Assembly: GCA_950097015.1 (NCBI GenBank)
Contig: CATNEN010000003.1
Coordinates: 2,170,001-2,234,000, forward strand
Source of the DNA: Macrostomum hystrix
Lineage: Eukaryota; Animalia; Platyhelminthes
Reading direction: 5' to 3'
DNA: 64,000 nt
Positions 58,483 to 64,000 of the stretch are shown in pieces. Numbering within the stretch: the stretch's first letter is position 1; each line of letters starts with the position of its first letter. Under the pieces are notes generated by a model. That model was not told where the DNA came from. It ran no database searches and saw nothing but the letters and a program-made list of their open reading frames with translations. Both the position numbers and the translations under genes were made by a program.

Positions 58483-59843
58483 CTAAGGGAAGTAGCATTC
58501 TTCCGGAAGGCGTTCACTCTTAGGCCAACCGACTGTTGTGGCCATCCAACGGATCTCGATGCCGAGGACCACTGGATTGATCTCGGCCGTGATCTTATTG
58601 ATGCTGTTCTTAGCATATTGCACAGCCCGCCGCCAGGCGACGATGGCCAATTCGCGACCGAACTTGTCTACCAGGACTCGGGCTGCGTCCTTGATGTACG
58701 CTCGCTGCGGATACCCTTTAACGTCACGCCAGCAGGCCACGTTCATGAAATATCCGCGGAGGTGGCTGATAAGTCGCTTAAAGTGCTCATGCTGGCGTGC
58801 CGGGATCCGATTTATTGCCAGAGCGAACCAAGCGTCAGGATCGTCAGGCTGAATTGCATCATCGTGTTCGTTGAGAATGGCATCCAGTGGGTCGGGCTGT
58901 TCAGTAGTTGGCGTAGCCTGATGCAACTGTGGCCACTGCGAAACCGACGGGTGCTGCTGCTGCTGAGCCGACAGTGCAGCCGGCTGCTGCTGCTGCTGCG
59001 AGGCCGATGACTGCTGCCGCTGTTGCTGAGCCGACGATGCCACCGGCTGTTGCCGCTGCTGCGAGGCCGACGACTGTTGCTGCTGCTGAGCCGACGATGC
59101 CGCATGCTGCTGCTTCTGTTTCAGGGCGCCTCCGTGTGCGGACCAGCCGATCGGGAGGGGGCAGACGCCCCATGCTGCGCCTCATGCTGCTGCTGCCGCT
59201 GCTGCTGAGCCGACAATGTCGCATGCTGCTTCTGGGCCGACGATGACGATTGCTGCTGCTGATACTGAGGAGGTTTGGGGGCAATTGATCTGCCGCGCAC
59301 TGCCGGAGGTTGCTGTGTCGACGGCTCGGCCTGCCTCTGAGGAGCTGGTTTAGGGGCCAACGGACGCCGAATGGTGACACGATGCGCCCCGGGTGGCTCG
59401 CCTTCGGGTATAGCTATCACCAGCGTCGGACGAACCCCAGCTGGTTGCCTATTGAGGGCTGCTTCCTCCACTGCCACTGGGGCGACCAGTTGTTGGCGTA
59501 GAATTTCGCAGCGTTTAGCCGGATCCACATGGACGGGCAACCGTGAGCTCGGTAGCTTCCTCTTGGCTGCAACCCCTTCTGGGGGCATCTGGGCCGTGCG
59601 CTTGCTGGTCGCGGCTTTTTCCTCGGGCAAATTGCCCTGACTCGCCATTCTGGGTTGTGTCCGTTGCCTTAACGGAGCCTCAGGCATCTCTGAGGGATCG
59701 ACCTCAGACTGGCCATCAGCAACCTTCTCCTCCGCCTGATTGGGCTCGATATTTTCACTCTCTGATCCTTCGGAAAAATCCACGTTTACTGACTTTAGCA
59801 GTTTTTCAAACTCTATTTCACTCATGGTGTTTTCTTCTTCCAT
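58483..59843 (-). pseudogene. Accessory ORF3 of Gypsy B (~450 aa, one frameshift near 59130)
   Basis: ORF 59121-59843 continues in another frame into 58483-59043. Homologous to 6951-7856. Confidence 0.7.
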
Positions 59844-60099
59844 CTTAGGCTCTAGTCAGCTATTGTTCACTTGGAACTCGAGTCAAATCTATTTGTTTGT
59901 TTTCCCAGGTGTCTGGTATATATATGTGTGGAGCTGGCGCGCATCGTCGTGTCCTCTCACCTTATTGGCCCACACTGCTATTCGTCTTTTGACTGGTTAC
60001 CCATTTACCCCATATCTTGCTGCTAAGTCGATTGAATTGATTGACTTCCTTCCCCTAGTACCCTGATTACGTAACTTGCAATCCCTGTCTAAATTCGTA

Positions 60100-63000
60100 T
60101 AGCCCCCAACAGACTGAACACCGTGACTAGCCTTTTCAAATAGCCTTCATACCTGGCAGGGGGTCGGATTTGCCTCCTTGGGCGAGCAGCCATCCCTACT
60201 CCTTCCTCATTCTGCACGCCAACTTGCAAATCTACACCTGTGACAATGGTCTCGTTTTCACTATGGCTCTGATCCTGACTTTCATCCTCCTCTTCGCTGC
60301 TCTAAAATTCAGATTCGCCAGATGACTCACTGTTTCCTATTTCTATCTCTCCACCTAATTCTAATTCCTCACCATTAATTCCGTGTAAATTCCTTAGTTA
60401 CACTGCCAATCCAATCTTTAATCTTCTTCGGATTCACTAATCTCTGTCACTTCCAATCTTCACCTCTTGCGCTGGCTTCCCTTAGCTTTAGCTTCGGTCT
60501 GCTTTGGCTCCTTCGTGGCCTGGCTTCCCTTAGCTTTAGCTTCGGTCTGTTCTGGCTCCTTCGTGGCCTGGCTTCCCTTAGCTTTAGCTTCGGTCTGTTC
60601 TCTTACTGAATTAGGCACAATAGTCATATTGTCCCTATGGACAATCATAATGTTGCCAATTGGCTGTCCACTCTCTTCCTTTTGCACTCGAAATACAACT
60701 TCCGAAATTTGTTTAATGACTCTAAATGCGGATCTTTTCTTTCGGTGAAACTTATAAGTTTCTTCACTGTCTAACTGCGGATTGTTAATTAATACTAGAC
60801 TTCCGATCGGCACCTCTTTTGGTAACTTTCTATCTTTAATTACTTCTTGCCTTTGGCTGACTACCTTTTTCAGCTCCCTCTTAACAATTTCATTAGCGAT
60901 TTTTCATCGTTCAGCATTTTCTGCCACATAAGATGGGTAACCGGCATATGATCTAGGCTGGCTGATTTGAGTGTCCATAGGTAAAACTGCCTCTCTTCCA
61001 AATAGTAAGAAATGAGGAGTAAAACCAGTGGTTTTGTTCACAATAGTGCGAACAGCAACTAGTGCAGCCGGGATCATTAAGTCCAAATTACTATGGTCTT
61101 TTTCTATTAGACAAGTGACAATGGATTTTATCTGTTTATTAAATCTTTCTACCAACCCAGTGCTCTGAGCATGATAAGGTGTGGTGAATTTATGTTTTAC
61201 ATTATAAAATTCACAGAAGGCTTTAAACTGCTTACTTGTAAAAGCTTTTCCATTGTCAGTGTGTATCCAGTGGCACTGGCCATACTCGGCAAAAAAAATT
61301 TTCTTGCAAGATCTTAATCACAGTGTCCGACTTCTGGTTACGAACCGGAAAGGCAAAGGGGTACCTTGTTGTACTATCTACAACAGTGAGAACATATTTA
61401 TGTCCCCGTTTACTCTCCTTTGATAACGTCCGATAAAATCAAGATGCAAACGATGAAATGGCTCATTAATTGGGAAGGATTGTACTGGGGCCTGAATTGG
61501 GTGCCCCCTTTTACTTTCTAAACATGGGATGCATTCGGAAATATGAGCTTCCACTATATTTACAAGACCTGGTCTCCAAAATCGCTCTTTCACCCGCTGG
61601 ATAGTTTTATCCCGTCCTAAATGTCCGGCCAAGGGACTATCATGCAGGTCCTGGAGGACTGATTTGTCCAGAGACTTAGGTAGAACCTAAGTAGAGACTT
61701 AGGTAGTATTTTCCAACTATCATCTTATTGGATGATTAGCATTCCATTCTCCATCCTCATTGCTTCAATGAACTTACTCATCTGTTTTAATTCAGGGGTG
61801 GCATTTTTTGGCAATTGAAAATTACCATCCTCAACATTTTTCCACTTGATTAATAAACTAATCGTGGGATCCTGCTGCTGGGCGGTAACAATCTGCTCTC
61901 TCCTCAAGGGGCTAGGAAGAAAATCTGTTAGCAGCTTTTCGCATTTGCAATCCATTACTTGCATTGTCTCTTCATTCCCGATTTCCTCAGGTACTGTGCT
62001 CAGTAGCCGACTGCTTGAGTCAATTTACAGTTCACTGGTAATTTTCTCCTCATTGGGATGATCAACCGATGGCTTACTCAAGCCACTTGCACTGTCATTG
62101 ACTTTAACCTTTTGTTCTGATTCTATTATTGCATGGCAACTTCCCAATAAGGGATCGATCACTGATTTGACTTCGGAGACTTCGGCTGGCCTTCTTGATA
62201 AACTGTCGGCATTTTGGTTTTTGGCACCGCTTCGGTGTTCTATTTTGAACGTGAATTCATTTAGGCGCTCAACCCACCGTCCGAGAATGCCTGTAGCTTC
62301 AGTCTGCCTTAACAACCATATGATCGCCTTGTGATCTGTTCTAGCTAAAAATTTCTTTTCTAATAGGTAGAAACGGAAATGTTTCATAGAGTCTACTAAG
62401 GCTAGGAGTTCCTTCCTTGTTATGGGATAACGCTTCTCTAATTCCTCCATAGCTCTGCTGAAATAAGCTATCGGCCTTTCCTCTCCATCTGATTGTATCT
62501 GGCTTGGAACGGCGCCAATGCGATCATCGCTGGCATCAGTATCCAAAACCATTTTCACTTTCTCATCATCGATGAATTCAGGGTACGCCAATACTTCGGT
62601 TTACATCATCCGACATTTCAGCGACTCGAATGCTTGATCATGCACTTGGCTCCACTTTTCTTGGAAAATCTGAATTCCTTTTTTAGTTAACTGGAAGAGT
62701 GGATGGGCAGCTTCGGCGTAATTTTTATGAACCTGCTGTAATAGTTACATAACCCAAGGAAGCTCCTTAGCTCTTTCACATCCTTAGGCATCGGCCATGT
62801 CTTGATCGCTTCAATCTTTTCCTCATCCGTCCGAATGCCCTCAGTGCCTATTACGTGACCTAGATACTTTAGTTCACGGTGAAACAGGTTGGACTTTTTG
62901 GACGCAATTTCAGACCTGCGGTAATTAACCGTTGGAACACTTCCTTTAGGTGACAAAGGTGATCTTCGAAATTCCTCGAATAAGTGACTATGTCATTGAT

Positions 63001-64000
63001 GTACGACATAGCAAACTTGTGCTGAATCCCTAGGAGAACCAGATTCATGAGTCTCTGGAATGTCCCAGGTGCATTCGATAGGCCTTGCGCCATGACCTCA
63101 TATTCAAATTGCCCTCGAGTTAGGGTAGAGAAAGCGGTCATATGTTTGTGTTCCTCTTTTATGGGAACCTGCCAATAGCCTGAGTTGAGATCAAGGCTGC
63201 TAAAGTATTTACTGCCTGCCAAATAGAAAAATGTCTGGTGGATGTTAGGAAGCGGATAAGGGACGTAATTCACTCTGGCGTTTAGCACTCTAAAGTCTAA
63301 CCTCTACTGAATTGTTATTTACAATTTCAACAATGGCGGAGCCTTCGCGCATGGTTACTAAAGCGGGCACCATTTCTAGGACCCATTCATTGGCCCTAAC
63401 GCCTTCACCAATCATATGGATGGTCATTGGTGTGCCAAAATTGCATTCTGCATTCTTAGCCAATCTCACTGGAATTCGGAGTGCACTGTTTGCAGGAATT
63501 ACTGACTTCTCCTGGGTGTATGCTCGGCATACACTCACAGGTAAGTGAGTGAACTGCATTGGGATGCTAGCTCCTCCATTCCGAATCAACATGCCTTTGG
63601 CGAGACTGATACTTTCAGTGTCCTGAAAAGAATTCCATACCTAAAATGTTATCACTTTCATGGCTACACAAGAGGAATTCAACTTCTACTTTAATATCTC
63701 CAAATCTAACTGAGATACTACTTTCACCTTCTAGCTGCACTCTTGATCCATCGAAGGTTGACACTCGTTTGTCTGTTCTTTTGATTTGATCAGGACTAAT
63801 CAATTTCGACCACACTGTCTTGCTTAGAAAACTGTTTCTAGCTCCTGTATCTATGATGATGTTAATCTCCTGCTTTTTAATTTTTCCTACAACTACAGCT
63901 TCAAATCCTTCTGGTTTGAACTTAGAATTAGACACAAAAATTTTTAATTTGGCCTCACATGTCCTTGAAGACTTCTTTCCAGAGGCCGCTGCTGCTGATC
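60100..64000 (-). pseudogene. pol: Gypsy B pol (protease, RT, RNase H, integrase), multiply frameshifted and running off the right edge
   Basis: Motifs IIIDTGARNSF, LDLNSGYWQ, YIND, LDTDASDDRIGA, AGHLGRDKT...CIPC and VERFNKQIKS. Clearly related to Gypsy A pol. Confidence 0.92.

Overview
This is a eukaryotic (intron-containing, probably invertebrate animal) window made almost entirely of nested transposable elements; I recognise no ordinary host gene. Retroelements: (i) six copies or fragments of a ~2.3-kb TG...CA LTR. Three are solo LTRs with 4-bp TSDs, and one is still attached to the 3' internal region of its element. (ii) Two related Ty3/Gypsy elements, both carrying an extra non-env ORF after pol. 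(iii) A full-length LOA-type LINE with a 13-bp TSD and an RTE-type LINE with a 12-bp TSD. DNA elements: a complete 15.6-kb EnSpm/CACTA-type transposon (CCC...GGG ends, AA TSD, transposase plus a DUF4806-like companion gene) that hosts the LOA LINE and one solo LTR; further EnSpm and mariner remnants; and a NOF/MULE-type transposase pseudogene followed by a cysteine-peptidase-like ORF. The three most interesting observations are: (1) a hidden antisense three-exon gene (1274-1895) in the LTR element's 3' internal region, encoding an 82-aa tail-anchored membrane protein; (2) a spliced 851-aa CRESS-Rep-like gene (44400-47074) with an apparently dead HUH nuclease and an SF3 helicase, lying between a 13-copy palindrome array, a tRNA-like Pol III unit and nested inverted repeats; (3) a conserved third ORF shared by the two Gypsy elements. 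All family assignments come from motif recognition by eye; no database searches were run.
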